From Amoebophrya sp. A120 (lineage: Eukaryota; Protista; Dinoflagellata), in NCBI GenBank assembly GCA_905178155.1, contig CAJINV010000003.1:11929426-11993425 (forward strand): a stretch of 64,000 nt of DNA, written 5' to 3'. Made by a program: the position numbers and the translations under genes. The notes under the pieces are model-generated. The model ran no database searches, was not told the origin of the DNA, and was given only the letters and a program-made list of their open reading frames with translations. Shown here piece after piece: positions 1 through 12,120 of the stretch (positions within the stretch are counted from its first letter, which is position 1; each line of letters begins with the position of its first letter).

Positions 1-1722
1 TGAAAAAATCTATGCGCTATTGCTTTCTGTCCGGTATTCTACAACAAGAATGAGCAGGGCGCTAGGACTACTAGGACGGGGGTACATTAGTATACGAGTC
101 TTCGCTACTATATTTCATGATTATCCACCAAGCTGCCGTGCGGTAGCGTATCGATACTACTGCTTTTTTCTCTCTTCGCTACTTTTTTCGTTTGGGTTTA
201 TGTTGGCCTATTGAAATCGATCCGATCCATCACAAATCTTTCTTCTGGGAAAAGGCAGGCATTATGTTTTCTGCTACGCATAATATGAATTTGCACTGCA
301 AAAATGCATTTCTTCAAGGAAAGAAACCATGAATTTCAAAAGTTTCTCAGGCCACAGCGTTGTCGAGCCGCAGGCGCAGGCTTCTGTGAGTTTCCATTCT
401 TTTTATGAGCGGTTACAATTGCAGGCTTCTTTTGCTCTATTTTTGCCGGCTGCATTAGCACTAGCAATTTCTATTTCTATTGAAGAGCTCGGTAGCTCAG
501 AGATGTGTAGAAAGAGGCACCACCAATAGCACTAGGGCCCATCCAAGCGCGTCCTCGGAGTTTCGCGTTTCTCGGGTGTATGAATGATTTTTATCGGAAC
601 AAGGACGGCAAGAATCGACCCTCAAATGATAAATTTGATGCTGGTGCAGTATTGATTCTATTTCCCTCCTGGTAGCAAGTGAAAGCAAGCAGTATCTTGC
701 AGGTTGAACGGCTTATCCATATTCCTCGATTCGTAGAATGATTACAGCGCAAACTGTACAGGTGGTGGAAGACGGAATTACTACAAAAATTCACATTCGG
801 TATGTGGAAAGACAACGACCCTCGCAGGCGTGAGTAAGCGCTTCGTCGGGATTGTAGACCACAGGCAGAAGACAAGAGCTGCAGGTACGTATGGCACGGA
901 GGGGATGGATCTGATAGCAAGACCACACAGAATGGAGTCAATTACAATCTTTTTCGAGTGACAACTCGTCCCATATTAGATCTGTGAGATGAAAACAATT
1001 CGAGTACTAGATCAAGATGCTCATGACTATTGGTGGGGATCTTTGTGTTGCGATTAAACGTGAAAAGGACCGCGTTCTTGTTACGTGAGGACAAAGATCA
1101 TAAGATTATAGAAGAGAGCTACCGTCCTAGATCTGACACGTCCGAGCTGTGGCATTTGTGTTTTGAATGAAGAGCACTTCGATCCCACCACTCTGCAGCT
1201 GCACTGCTACAGAGTCGGATCCAGGGGAGCAGTAGCACGGTTGTAAACGCTTTCGCGCATTATAATAGAAGTAATTTGATGTCAACAACATGGCAATAGA
1301 TTGGCATCGCCTATGGTAAGAAGTATAGGGCGTCTCTCAACTGGCGCTATGACGTATGTATTGCATTTGCAGCCTCTACCAGTTCAAAGTATTCCCTTCA
1401 AAGCCGTTTTGTCACAGGTTCTCGCAAGCAGATCCTCCGTCTATTGGCAGTATCCGTCTATGGCTTTCGATATGAAACATCTTTTTCTACTTTTTTCAAT
1501 TTAAATAATTTCTCGTCCTGATTGATCGACTTGTATCACACAGTACTACGCGTTTTAGTACTCGCTTTCTGCATCTTGCGTGATACTTCTAGAAATACCT
1601 TTACTCTCCATTTATCGAAAACTAAAATCCCAAAGGGAAGTTTGAAAATAAGCACTTCACGGCTAAACCAACTCGACATTTCTACCGCGTGCTTGCATTT
1701 CTACGAGAGACGCATCTTCAAA

Positions 1723-2577
1723 ATGGTTCATCATCTCTTCGCTCTTTTCGGCGCCTCCTTGGGCCTCGGCTTCTGGAGCTGGTGCAGCCTGATTTTGTTC
1801 TCAACCTTTCCCGTGCATGCGGTCCAATTAAAGAAAGCCACGAACGCCAGCGGCCCGGCGACGGCAGCCTCGGACAGTACTCATCTCGATTGCGAAGCTT
1901 TTTTTTCGAGTCCCGACGTCACGGAACGTTCAAAATTGTTCTACCTACGCGACAAGGTATTGGCGCACGATGATTTTGACCAGATCCAGACGTGCCTCGA
2001 GCGCTACAAGGACGACGTCGACGGCGGCGAATTTAAAGTCTGGTGGCCGGACTATGTATCCAGAAGATCATGATAAACTGTGTATAGTGTCAGTCTGGGA
2101 TGTTGCACATGAATATCAGCCGACAAAAATGCATAGGCACGACACTTTTCATGCCGGTGGATATGCTCTGTAGGAGCCTCTCTCTTCTTGCGCGTTTTCG
2201 TGGCGTACTTTGCATGACAAGTTTTTTTGTATCATGCGAGGCAGACCATAGTTTCTGACGTTGCTCATCCAGCACAGAAGTTGCACTAACGCACATTCTT
2301 TTATTTTCGCGGATAAAAGTTCGCCACCCTGGATGATCTTTACTATCAGGCGACGGCGATTGTGCAGGTCCTCGTAAAGCTGCACGCCGAGGAGCCTGGT
2401 TGCTGCAACATGCCGCGAAGCGCAGGAACTGGAAGTAGCGGCGGCACAGGAGAATTACAAACGGAGGTGATGGGCCCTCTTCAACTACAACAAGCCCGGT
2501 CGGTACAAAAACAGCGGTGCGAACTGAAGGAGAGAATTTTGGAACGGATCCGCACGATGGAGCGAGGTGGCATATGA
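1723..2577 (+). CDS. Hypothetical secreted protein, 2 exons (about 1723-2056, 2321-2577)
   Basis: ATG is followed by a hydrophobic signal-like segment (LFALFGASLGLGFWSWCSLILF). The GC3-rich coding frame resumes in phase after the TATCC...GGATA element at 2057-2315. Confidence 0.55.
2057..2315. mobile_element. Introner-like intron (weak TIR TATCC...GGATA)
   Basis: Ends are TATCCAGAAGAT / ATTTTCGCGGATA. The direct repeat is not conserved, but removing the element plus 5 nt restores the frame. Confidence 0.5.
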
Positions 2578-3261
2578 TCCAGAAAAAAAACTGGGGTCTA
2601 GTCTAGGTTTATGTAGTCAACATCTTCCACAGCAGTTGCACTAGGAGGACTATCACGTATGGCTTGGCATGCCAGACGACCTACCGCGAGAGCCTCTCTT
2701 CACACTTTAGCCTCCCTGCGAGTCGAGTTTTTTCTGTAATACTATGCGAGACAAACAACAAGGGATCCAAAAAAGCAACACCATAGCTAGTTTTTTTTTC
2801 TGGATACGATCTAAACAACGATAAATTTGTCGCGGTGGCGCGCAGGACCGCTCCTACAGAGATAAACGTCATTGTCTGGAAAGCGCTACGCATTGCAAGA
2901 ACATCGCTCGATTCGCTGGGTTTAGGCAACTACTATTCATTTTTGAAGCAAGATTTGCAATGCTTAAACGGTAGTAGCATCAACGTCATGTGCACCTTGC
3001 CGACGATGGTGGTTCATTTTTTGTGATAGTGCTGCCGCGCATGTTTGTCGTGGAAAATAAAGACGATTTTTGCTTTGCATGCGCTCCATTGCTTTTCATG
3101 CGCACGATAACGCAGAATACAGGAGAGTTATTGGTCATTCTCATACTTCGTTATCGTTGGGAATCACTGCAGAATTGCATTCACATGAAGACACACAAGC
3201 GTTACAGCTGCATTCCAGATCCAGACAAATCATCGATGTTTTTTGCACAAAACTTTGATAA

Positions 3262-6200
3262 ATGCTGAGTGATTTGCTGGCGATGCCGGGAGGTTACAGC
3301 GTCGATATCGGCACTACCGCCACAATTTTTTCCCGCGGCACCGATTTTGAGCCGCAGAACTGTGTGTTTCGGAGTGCCACCGCCCGGCATCCGCCGCTGT
3401 GGCTAGAAGTCTGCGTGGCTAGGTTTGTGGCTGCCCCAGTCGCGGCTAGGGCTTTCGCCCTGCACACCGCGCAGCAGGCCGCCGCGGTGGCGCTGCTAAA
3501 GATGATGGGAGAAAACCGTAACGGCCTGAGATATGAGCAACTCGATGCGATCTTCGGCAGTCGTAATCACGAACTGGTGCTGTTCGCATTGGAGCGTTGG
3601 TCGTTGACGATTGATCGCTACCAAGTGTCACGGATTCTGTCCGATACGGGACGAGGGCAGAATTCCCATGCGCTCGAAGCCGCCCTTTTCAGTCCGACCG
3701 GTGGCCACACTGTCGTGGATACGACTCGGATACCGAGGAACAGCATATTGCAGCGGAATACCTGGGAAGGCCTCATTCCTACTCCACCAGCTGCAACTTC
3801 TCTACTACCTCATGGAAGCAGTTCCGACCGACCGCACCAAATGCGGCTGTCCAGGGAGAAAGACCGCACGCTTCTTCTGCGCTACCTGACCAAGTTTAAT
3901 AACGCCGGACATGATGGGAACTCCAGCATGCTCAGTTCGATCAACCCGCTTTCCCCCGAAGATTTTACGCTTTTGTTTTCTCCCGTTGTAATGTTTGCGG
4001 CCGAAGGCAGCGAAACAACGACTGAGCAGCAGGAGAATCTGGTCGAGATTGTCGCGCCGTTCCTCCTGGAATTTTTGGAGAACTGCCACCAGGCCCTGCC
4101 GCTTGATTTTTCACGTAGCGTTTGGGAAACCGTACTTACGAGTGGAGACTACAGTCTCGACGGCCGCCCCCAGGGAATGCTGGCTTCCGTTTGGAGTCAG
4201 GGGCTTTTCTCGATGACGACGTCCACTGATGAAGCAGCAACAGAGGCTGGACGAGCAGCAGGTCTTGATAGTGCGACGAGCAGCACAAGAACCTCTCAAG
4301 CAGACATGATCACTGACAACACAGACGCAGCAGTTCTACCTCCACAGAAAGCGGCCGCGAAAGCAAAGGCCCGCGTGATTGCGGCCCTCTTGAAGAAAAA
4401 GCGCGAGCAGCTGCATAGCGATACGGCGCGTTTTTTGCTGCCAAGAATATGTTTTGAGGATGATTATGACCACGTGCTGCAGCAGATACAGAGAACGTCG
4501 ACCGATGTGCCGAGAATTCAAGAAGAAAAGTTTCTTCGGCGTGCCGTCCTACGCGGTCTGTTAATGCAGCGGGGCCCCTGGTCGCTGAACACAGAAATTT
4601 CCGAACAGATTTGGGCCCTCGCGGGAAGAACGCCTGGAACGGTGCAGAGCGACCTGGCTTTGGCCTTGTTGCAGGTGTTTCGGCGAGACAACGTCGGCCT
4701 TAACTCGGAGCAGCTGGACATGATCTTTGGCAGCGAGAACGAGAGCCTGATGCTCTACGCGCTGGAAAATTGGCCCCTGAAAATCAAGCGCTCCCGCTTG
4801 CTGCAGATCTCGGACATGCACAGTGACGCTCTCACCCACGCCTTGTTTGGTTCCGCCGGCGGGCGGTCTCGTCACAGTGTGGTGGATGAAAATTTCGAAA
4901 CACTTGTGTGCTTCAATAGCTGGGGAGAAAATGACACGCGGATAGGCCGTAGCATTTCCTTTCGTGAGGGGGTTCAAGCACGGCACAGAATTTGGCTTGG
5001 CAGCGAGAGAGACCGCAGCCGCCTGCTCCGGTACCTGAGGAAATTTGCCGGGCGAGATGCGACGTCGAAGCTCCGATTTAATCCGCTGTCCCATGGCGAT
5101 TTGGAACAGATATTTTCCGCCGATTTTTTGTTTCCCCCGGATGCTGTTGAAACAGCTGCGGAGCAGCAGGAACAAACGTTGCGCAGCGAGCGTCTGGTGG
5201 ACATCGGTATCGCAGCGCCGTTTCTAGTTCAAGTGCTGGACGCCTACGAGGGAGAGTTTCCACTGCCTCTGTTGATCAGCATTTGGGAGAAAGCATTCGG
5301 GACGACGAGAAACGGCGATCATTACACACTTGATGGCCGCCCGCAGAGTTTCTTGGCTTCATCGTCATCAAATTGGCTGAGCCAGAGACTAGGAGAAGAG
5401 GAGCGTGGCCGCGCTGCCCAGGAGACGGGCGAAGATCCGGCGACCGTCGACCTTCTCCCAGGTGGTCGGGACAGTGCTAGCCATAGCCGGGAAGTACAAC
5501 TGGAGCAAGGAGCACTTGCAAAAGCCCAGGCGCGTATCCTAGCAGCGCTCGCGCGCAAGAGGCGGGAGAACCTCGACAGCGCGACCGCAGCGCGCTTCTT
5601 GGAAGATGCGGAGCTCGATTTTGCCCCATTGCAGCAATGGAACGGAGGGGAAGCAGGCGCGACTGCGACACCGACAACTCTTGCGACTCCGACAAGTGAC
5701 AGCCAAGGAAGTGCTGCGACCATCTCCGCACTCGGCCATTCTTTCGTTCCGAAAGCCACTCACCCGGAAAAAATCGCCGTGCTGCGCAGTTTGTGCACGC
5801 ACCAGGGCGGCTGGTTGTTCACGGACGTGGTTACAAAGACCATCTACACGCACGCGGGAGTGACCCTCGGTACGGTGTTCAGCGACTTGGCGGTCGCGCG
5901 GCTGCGGATGCAGGTCGATCAGAGCATCAGTTATGAGCACATTGACGCAATCCTGCGAACGAAGAACACGGACTTGATCTATCTTTTGCTAGACAAATGG
6001 CCGGTGCGACTGTCCAAGGAAGCCATTGACGGAATTCTGAAATTCGACTGGACATTTTCGGGTTTCAGGTTTCTTTTGCAAGAAAAGCCGAGTAGCAGCA
6101 CTCCAGCAGGAGGTGATGTCTCCGAAGTCACCAACGACATGTCGCCGCAAGTGGAACAGCAGCTACAGCTCCGTCCGAACCGCGCGGGGGCGGTCCGGGT

Positions 6201-6381
6201 GATTGCGAAGCTGCTTGACGGGTGGAAACCCAGACTGGGAATTTCAGAAATCGGTTTTCTTTTGAAGAAGTACCCTGAGTCTGCCGTGTCACAGAATCTA
6301 ATCGCACGATATCCCGAACACGTCCGAACCCGGGCTCTGGCGGCGGATCCGACGGTAAGTTGGGGTAGTAGCGAATATTGA
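3262..6381 (+). CDS. 1039-aa intronless hypothetical protein with about 2.5 internal repeats
   Basis: Long ORF with repeated blocks: YEQLDAIFGS/SEQLDMIFGS/YEHIDAIL, GTVQSDLA/GTVFSDLA, YSLDGRPQ/YTLDGRPQ, AKARVIAAL/AQARILAAL. Start codon uncertain. Confidence 0.85.
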   Translation: MLSDLLAMPGGYSVDIGTTATIFSRGTDFEPQNCVFRSATARHPPLWLEVCVARFVAAPVAARAFALHTAQQAAAVALLKMMGENRNGLRYEQLDAIFGSRNHELVLFALERWSLTIDRYQVSRILSDTGRGQNSHALEAALFSPTGGHTVVDTTRIPRNSILQRNTWEGLIPTPPAATSLLPHGSSSDRPHQMRLSREKDRTLLLRYLTKFNNAGHDGNSSMLSSINPLSPEDFTLLFSPVVMFAAEGSETTTEQQENLVEIVAPFLLEFLENCHQALPLDFSRSVWETVLTSGDYSLDGRPQGMLASVWSQGLFSMTTSTDEAATEAGRAAGLDSATSSTRTSQADMITDNTDAAVLPPQKAAAKAKARVIAALLKKKREQLHSDTARFLLPRICFEDDYDHVLQQIQRTSTDVPRIQEEKFLRRAVLRGLLMQRGPWSLNTEISEQIWALAGRTPGTVQSDLALALLQVFRRDNVGLNSEQLDMIFGSENESLMLYALENWPLKIKRSRLLQISDMHSDALTHALFGSAGGRSRHSVVDENFETLVCFNSWGENDTRIGRSISFREGVQARHRIWLGSERDRSRLLRYLRKFAGRDATSKLRFNPLSHGDLEQIFSADFLFPPDAVETAAEQQEQTLRSERLVDIGIAAPFLVQVLDAYEGEFPLPLLISIWEKAFGTTRNGDHYTLDGRPQSFLASSSSNWLSQRLGEEERGRAAQETGEDPATVDLLPGGRDSASHSREVQLEQGALAKAQARILAALARKRRENLDSATAARFLEDAELDFAPLQQWNGGEAGATATPTTLATPTSDSQGSAATISALGHSFVPKATHPEKIAVLRSLCTHQGGWLFTDVVTKTIYTHAGVTLGTVFSDLAVARLRMQVDQSISYEHIDAILRTKNTDLIYLLLDKWPVRLSKEAIDGILKFDWTFSGFRFLLQEKPSSSTPAGGDVSEVTNDMSPQVEQQLQLRPNRAGAVRVIAKLLDGWKPRLGISEIGFLLKKYPESAVSQNLIARYPEHVRTRALAADPTVSWGSSEY

Positions 6382-7631
6382 GCACGCCGGAAAGGATTTG
6401 GACAGGGGTGGCAATGTCAGGGTAGGAAGAAGCTACAGAGCTATCAGTCCTTCTCCTGCGTCATCCTTTGATACTCGGAGTCGAAACCAGAAAAATTTTT
6501 GGCCTTTTGCAAGCGACAAGCACTGGAAAACGGATGCTTGCAGACCGCCGTCGCGTAGTAATCGGGTACTGGTCCATGTACAGACTCGCCTTTGCAACTA
6601 CTTCTGCATATCACAATACTATGAAGGTATACTAAATCAGTTTTGAAAAGAATTGAGCGCAAAGAAGACGGCGCTGCCTGAAAGATTGGTTTTGAGGACA
6701 AGCACTGACTACGCTTGAGGCACATAATCAGACGATGCCTAGATGATTTTATTCGCAGTTTTGTCGCTCCGATTTACTCATGCGCTATTGTACCGGGGAT
6801 GTCCTCCTGTCTACTAGAAAATGACTGGCCGTGCCTGTGTGGTAATTCTCCGCACACTGTTCACGTAAAAATTCGGAATCGCGCGCGCTTCTCTAGATTT
6901 ACTTGTCTTGGAAGCGTTGGAATCCGTCGCAGTCGCCTGTTAGTCATGTCACCTCTCTCAGTTTTTGTGTGATCGTGTGGGTTCACGTATGTGAAAACAA
7001 ATTTGAGCTAGCTGTTTGAGCGTTGAGGGATGAGGGCTTTGGAGCGCGGGAGAGTTTTGTTTGTTTCTTACTCAGGAATAGAGTTCTTCTGCTCTCGTAG
7101 CTGAAACAGCAAATTCTGAAACAGTGCGCCGCGAGGTAGTATCCGGAAGGACCAGACACAATCTTCGTTGTCAAACGAACTCGAAACCTACTCAGGACCC
7201 AAATATAGATACTTGATAGTGTAACTACCCTGCGTTTTCTTTCACGTCGCAGCTATGAATATCAGCTACAGCAGTAGTTTGAGATAGAGCGGCGTGTCTC
7301 CGCGCCTTTTCTCGTTTTGATTTCTTCTCAAACACGGCCATCTCATCTGCTCGACGTTTCTTTCGTACCGGCGAAAAATGGAGTAGAGAAAGTAAGATTC
7401 GCACTCCAGCACGATGGGGGCGTGGTGATCTCCTGCAAGGGCGCGTCTCATTGGAAAAAGCGTGACGACAGCAACAAAACCAGGATCCGCAGACAGAGCT
7501 TCCATCAGAACTGCAGAAATCACGACCTGGTGTCGCCACGTCGTCTCTAGTACTAAAATCCTAAACCCCCGAAGAACGTCGCCTGCTAGTTGGAGAACCA
7601 GCCACCACCGATAGGCAATTATTACCCGACC

Positions 7632-10600
7632 ATGTCCGTGATCCGTGGGCTGGACCGGGTCGGCATCCGCGACCGACAGGGAGACCAGTCGTTTCCGTCC
7701 GACGCCCGGGACCTCGACGCCCTGTTCGACTATTACGACCGGGACCAATCGGGCGCTCTTTCGCTAGACGAGTTTTGCGACTTGCTAAACGGTACGCATG
7801 GCAAATATATCGGGGTCTCCTAGAATAAACTTGTTAGGTACCATGCGGAGTTGCTGTGCACAATGAAGGGGGGTACTTGCTGACAGGGTGTCTCCACCTT
7901 GATCGGGCCCTCCGCGTCATGCCGTGTGCGCGCAACACACTGCGTTTTGTTTCTATGAGCAGCGAAGCTGTTGTTCGTAACACACAGATTTTGAAGGAGT
8001 GCCAGATCAGCGATATTACAAATTTGACTTTTCTAGACCCTGAAATATTTTTTGCAAGGCATAAAGGAATGGCGCGGGGGGAATCAAACGGACACAAAGC
8101 CCGTCACGAAGCGGCAAGTGATGGAGTTTATGGAGTGGATCGACGACGACGGAAACAAAGAGATCGACAAACGGGAATTCAAGGAGTTTTTCACACAAGC
8201 GCAGTAAGACATGCAATGTATTGCATGATCAGGGAAAGCGCAGCGGTGAACTACAAGAATCTATGATACTGAGATAGATGAAGGATAGACGAGATGTTCT
8301 AGCCATGTAGAAGACGGAAACATGGTCGCTGAATTACAGCAGTTTTGTTCTGCGTGATTAGCAACCTAAAGCTTTTTGCCAAGAAAATATCTCTAGTTCT
8401 GGAAAAGGAACAAAAACTTGCGTTCCCCCTGATCCTGCAGCGGTTTCATTGAATGAGCGATGGGTTTCCGCCATGATGGACGAAGTGCAGGCAGCATACG
8501 ATTGGAAAGTGTTGGAGGTTCTTTGCAAGTCATAGTGCATTGGCACCCTTGGGTCTAGAAACCAACCGTGTTTTGCATGATGCACTGCTCCTACTGCTCC
8601 AATGGCAGCAGTGTTTGATGCATGTTCTCATTGTCGTCCGCAGTGCTCATTTGCATTTTGGAATGACATGTCTGCATGACAGTGATCAGCTGACGAAAGC
8701 GGTCGAAGATCGTTGGTTTGGCACGGACTGCAACTGGCTCAGACCTCTCTCCCTGTGATAAATGCGGGCAGAAGCTGTCAGCACAGAGGACAACGATGGT
8801 ATTGATCTGATCTCAATCTGATGCACAGCTGGACCAATTCGATTGTGTTTGCTAGGCAATGCAGAATGAAAGAGAGGTATTCCTATAGATGTCAAGATGA
8901 AAAAATCGAAATCATGATCGAAATGAAAAATCTCCTGACTTCTGGGACCCGGGTGAGATCTACGATGACCGCAAACCAAATTCAAAACAGCTCGCGTACT
9001 TCGTTCTGATGCTGGTTCTCTGGGCCTTCTTCCTATACCAGCACATGAGCTCCTCAGAGGTACTTACGATCTTTTTCGCATGACAAACCTGTATTCGCAA
9101 TCGAGTTCCCAAATGGCAAATCATGATGATACATTTCTTGGCTGTGGTTCTGCAATTTGGATGGCGGTTTCCGTCCGATAGTTGAAGACGACAACCTACT
9201 AGAATCTCGTTAATCTGACAAAGTCATTTCTCATGCGGAAGTTTGCGATTACGATTGGTGATCTCATTTGTCATGTCACTAACAAGCGAAGACAATGATG
9301 AAAACATTCTTGGCTGTGGAGCGGATTTGAAGCTTACAGCCGAAAAATTTGACGAGATAATCTTTCTCACGTTCCTTTCTGAAATAACACAATTCTGTGG
9401 CTGCACTAATGGTAGCAAATTCTGCACTTGCGAGCTAAACGATTGTTCGTCTTCACCACATTTTGGCATTAAACCCGCGCTACAACTCCTACCGAGGAAA
9501 TAATCTCTTTTCAGGGTGGCGATTCCGGCGGCATGGGCTTCGCGGGTGTCGGCCTCATTCTCACCTCTATTTTCCTCGGGTTCGGCGTTTGCGGTCTCCT
9601 TATCGTCCCGATTTACCAGATGCACAAGGACGACATCCCCACGTGGACCAAGCCGGACGCGAATGCGGTGATGAAAACCCTCCAGGGCCGGCGGCACGAA
9701 CTGAAGCAAAACAAACCCGCAGAGCCGGCCAAGCCGAAGGGACCGAAGCAGCAGATGCGGCAGAGCCTGGGGATCGCGCCGGGAGATGTCATGCCGATGA
9801 TGGGCCCCGGGCCGGGCGGAGACGTGATGATCGACATGCGAACGGGGAAACGGGAGATCCCGTCGGCAGAGTTTCTAGCGGACAAACTTGCGAAGCAACA
9901 GGCAGTCATGCCCGAGTACGCAGGGCCGAACACGATCTCGCCGAAGGAGAAGCTGCAGTTCTCGTACTTTTTGATATAGGTAGTTTCATTCTCACTTTTG
10001 GTCTAGAAAGATAGATCACGTTCGGTTTTGTCGAAAGTCGCCGCCTGAAAAACCGCACATGGTCATGATGATCCAAATGAATATAGCTCGTAGTACTTAC
10101 GACTTCTGCGGCTTGTACTGTCCCCGCACCTGAAAAATCTATGGTGTGCAAGGGAAATAAAAGTTCGCGTAGAGCAACACATCCGGTAAAAAGCCCCGTT
10201 GTCAGTTCTATGGTACTGCGGCGGTCGTCAATCCTGAGACAATTTATTTTCTGCTAGTCAAGAGTCCGTTGTAGCATGAGCAGAAATCCGACGTGCAGAT
10301 CACGATCTAAGTGAGTAAAGCACGTACGATTTTTGCGGCTTGTACTGTCCCCACATCTGAAAAATCTGTGGTGTGCAAGGGAAATAAAAGTTCGCGCAAA
10401 ACAAAACATCCGGTAAAAAGCCCCGTTGTCAGTTCTATGGTACTGCGGCGGTCGTCAGTCCTGAGACAATTTCTCGCTGGACCTACTCTTGAAATCGCTA
10501 AATCGGCCATATTCTTATTCGAGAAGCAAGCTAGCTTCTGGACAGCATGCGGCACCTCTTTTTCCTCTGGCACCGCGATACCCTGTTTGTTTCCAGGCAC

Positions 10601-12120
10601 CTTTCTCACAGTGCTTTGGCTGGGGTACTGTCCTAAACTGAATTTCAGCCTGGATTGAGTGTGCTCTCTCTTGCGGGAAGTGACTCTCCAAGGCCGGATG
10701 CTCCTCATATTCCTTTCCGTGGTGGGTGTGCATGAAGGAGAGAACTCCGGTTTTCTCCTTCTGCATAGGGTTTCTGTATGAAGCCAAACCACCAGGGCAA
10801 ACCATGGGAAGTACAAGACATCTCTTCTAGCAAACAGTATACGTTTCACATCTGTAGTTTTTCCTGCAGCACGACAATTCCGCATGACCAAAACTTCTCA
10901 TTCTATTGAGCCTCCCCATGATGACAAATTTTGAGAACAAAATATCCGTTTCTCAAACATTCGCAGTAAGTGTCCGACTTCAAGGCAGTGCTATGCGGTT
11001 TTTCTAGAATTCGCAAAGCGCTGCCACATGCAGGACAAACTTCCTTAGATGTCTGATCAGAGGCGAATAATAGGATACGGGTGTAGTTTTCAACGTAGCG
11101 CTACTTCTATGAATGGATGACAATGTTGATGCGTGTCAAAACACAAACTTTTTGACATTCTCAACCCCATCAAACTCAGGTACCGTCCACAGAAGATGGC
11201 GATGCGCATGACACAAGACCCCCGCGAAGAGCTCGACGAGTACTACCAGGGCTTGCCCTACGACAACGCGCCCACCGGTATGCCCTTGGAGGCGCCGGAA
11301 GAGGACTACCCCGACGATCCCGACGCGCATCTGTCCATCATTGAACGGCCGCAGACCGCCCCGGCAATGGGCCGCCGGCCCCACAGCGCACACTCCCGGT
11401 CCGGGACCGCAACGCCAATTTCCCGGGACGGGAAGCCCCGCCCGGTAACGCCGGGATCGACCCGCGGCGGGAAGAGAACGGGGCTGCACGACGGCACGCC
11501 TCGATCCGTGGCGAGTAGCCGGCCGGGGAGTAGAAGCGGGGGGAGAACGAGGGGACCGGGTAGTTCACACGGGACTAGGAACAACCTCCAGCGGCCACTA
11601 TCCGCCCCGAGCCGGACATTTGACTCGTCGAGGATTACGCCGATTGTGGAGGAGGGATTGTGGAACGACATACCGGGGTATCAGGAGGCCCAGGAGGAGT
11701 ATCTAGAGCGCCGGGGACCGGCGGGGAGACCGATAAGTGCGCAGAGCAATAGGGAAATGTATAGAATTTTTTCACCTGGCGTCTTGCTTCGCGACTTCGT
11801 TGGACTTCGTTGCTGCGGATTTCGAATTCATCATGATGAGCCATTCTTTCTTTTCAATCTGTCAATCCGCTGATCTCTTCATGATTGAACACAGAAGAAA
11901 TTAAGACTACGACGGACTGACATTTTTCGGTTTTGTTGCACTGCTGTATGATACAAAGATCTAGCTGCAAATCACGCATCTTTCGCATGTCAAATTCCGA
12001 TCCCTTTGAAATCAGCTACACGCCTGATCTCTACCACGACGCGAGACGGTCACAGGTGCAAACGCCGCATTCGGATTTCTTCAATCCGATCAGGATAGGG
12101 GAGAGATGGTACAGTAGTCT
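7632..12120 (+). CDS. EF-hand (2x) protein with two transmembrane helices and a long low-complexity C-terminus; multi-exon, 3' end uncertain
   Basis: EF loops DRDQSGALSLDEF and DDDGNKEIDKREF; TM segments LAYFVLMLVLWAFFLY and FAGVGLILTSIFLGFGVCGLLIV. In-frame GT-AG introns at 7792-8058, 9060-9514 and 9964-11179. Non-canonical introns near 8204-8675, 8713-8920 (GATCG direct repeat) and 11760-11990. Confidence 0.7.
10095..10471. repeat. Direct duplication of about 140 bp inside the long intron
   Basis: GCGGCTTGTACTGTCCCC...CTGAAAAATCT...CCGGTAAAAAGCCCCGTTGTCAGTTCTATGGTACTGCGGCGGTCGTCA...CTGAGACAATTT occurs at about 10095-10245 and 10325-10471. Confidence 0.9.
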
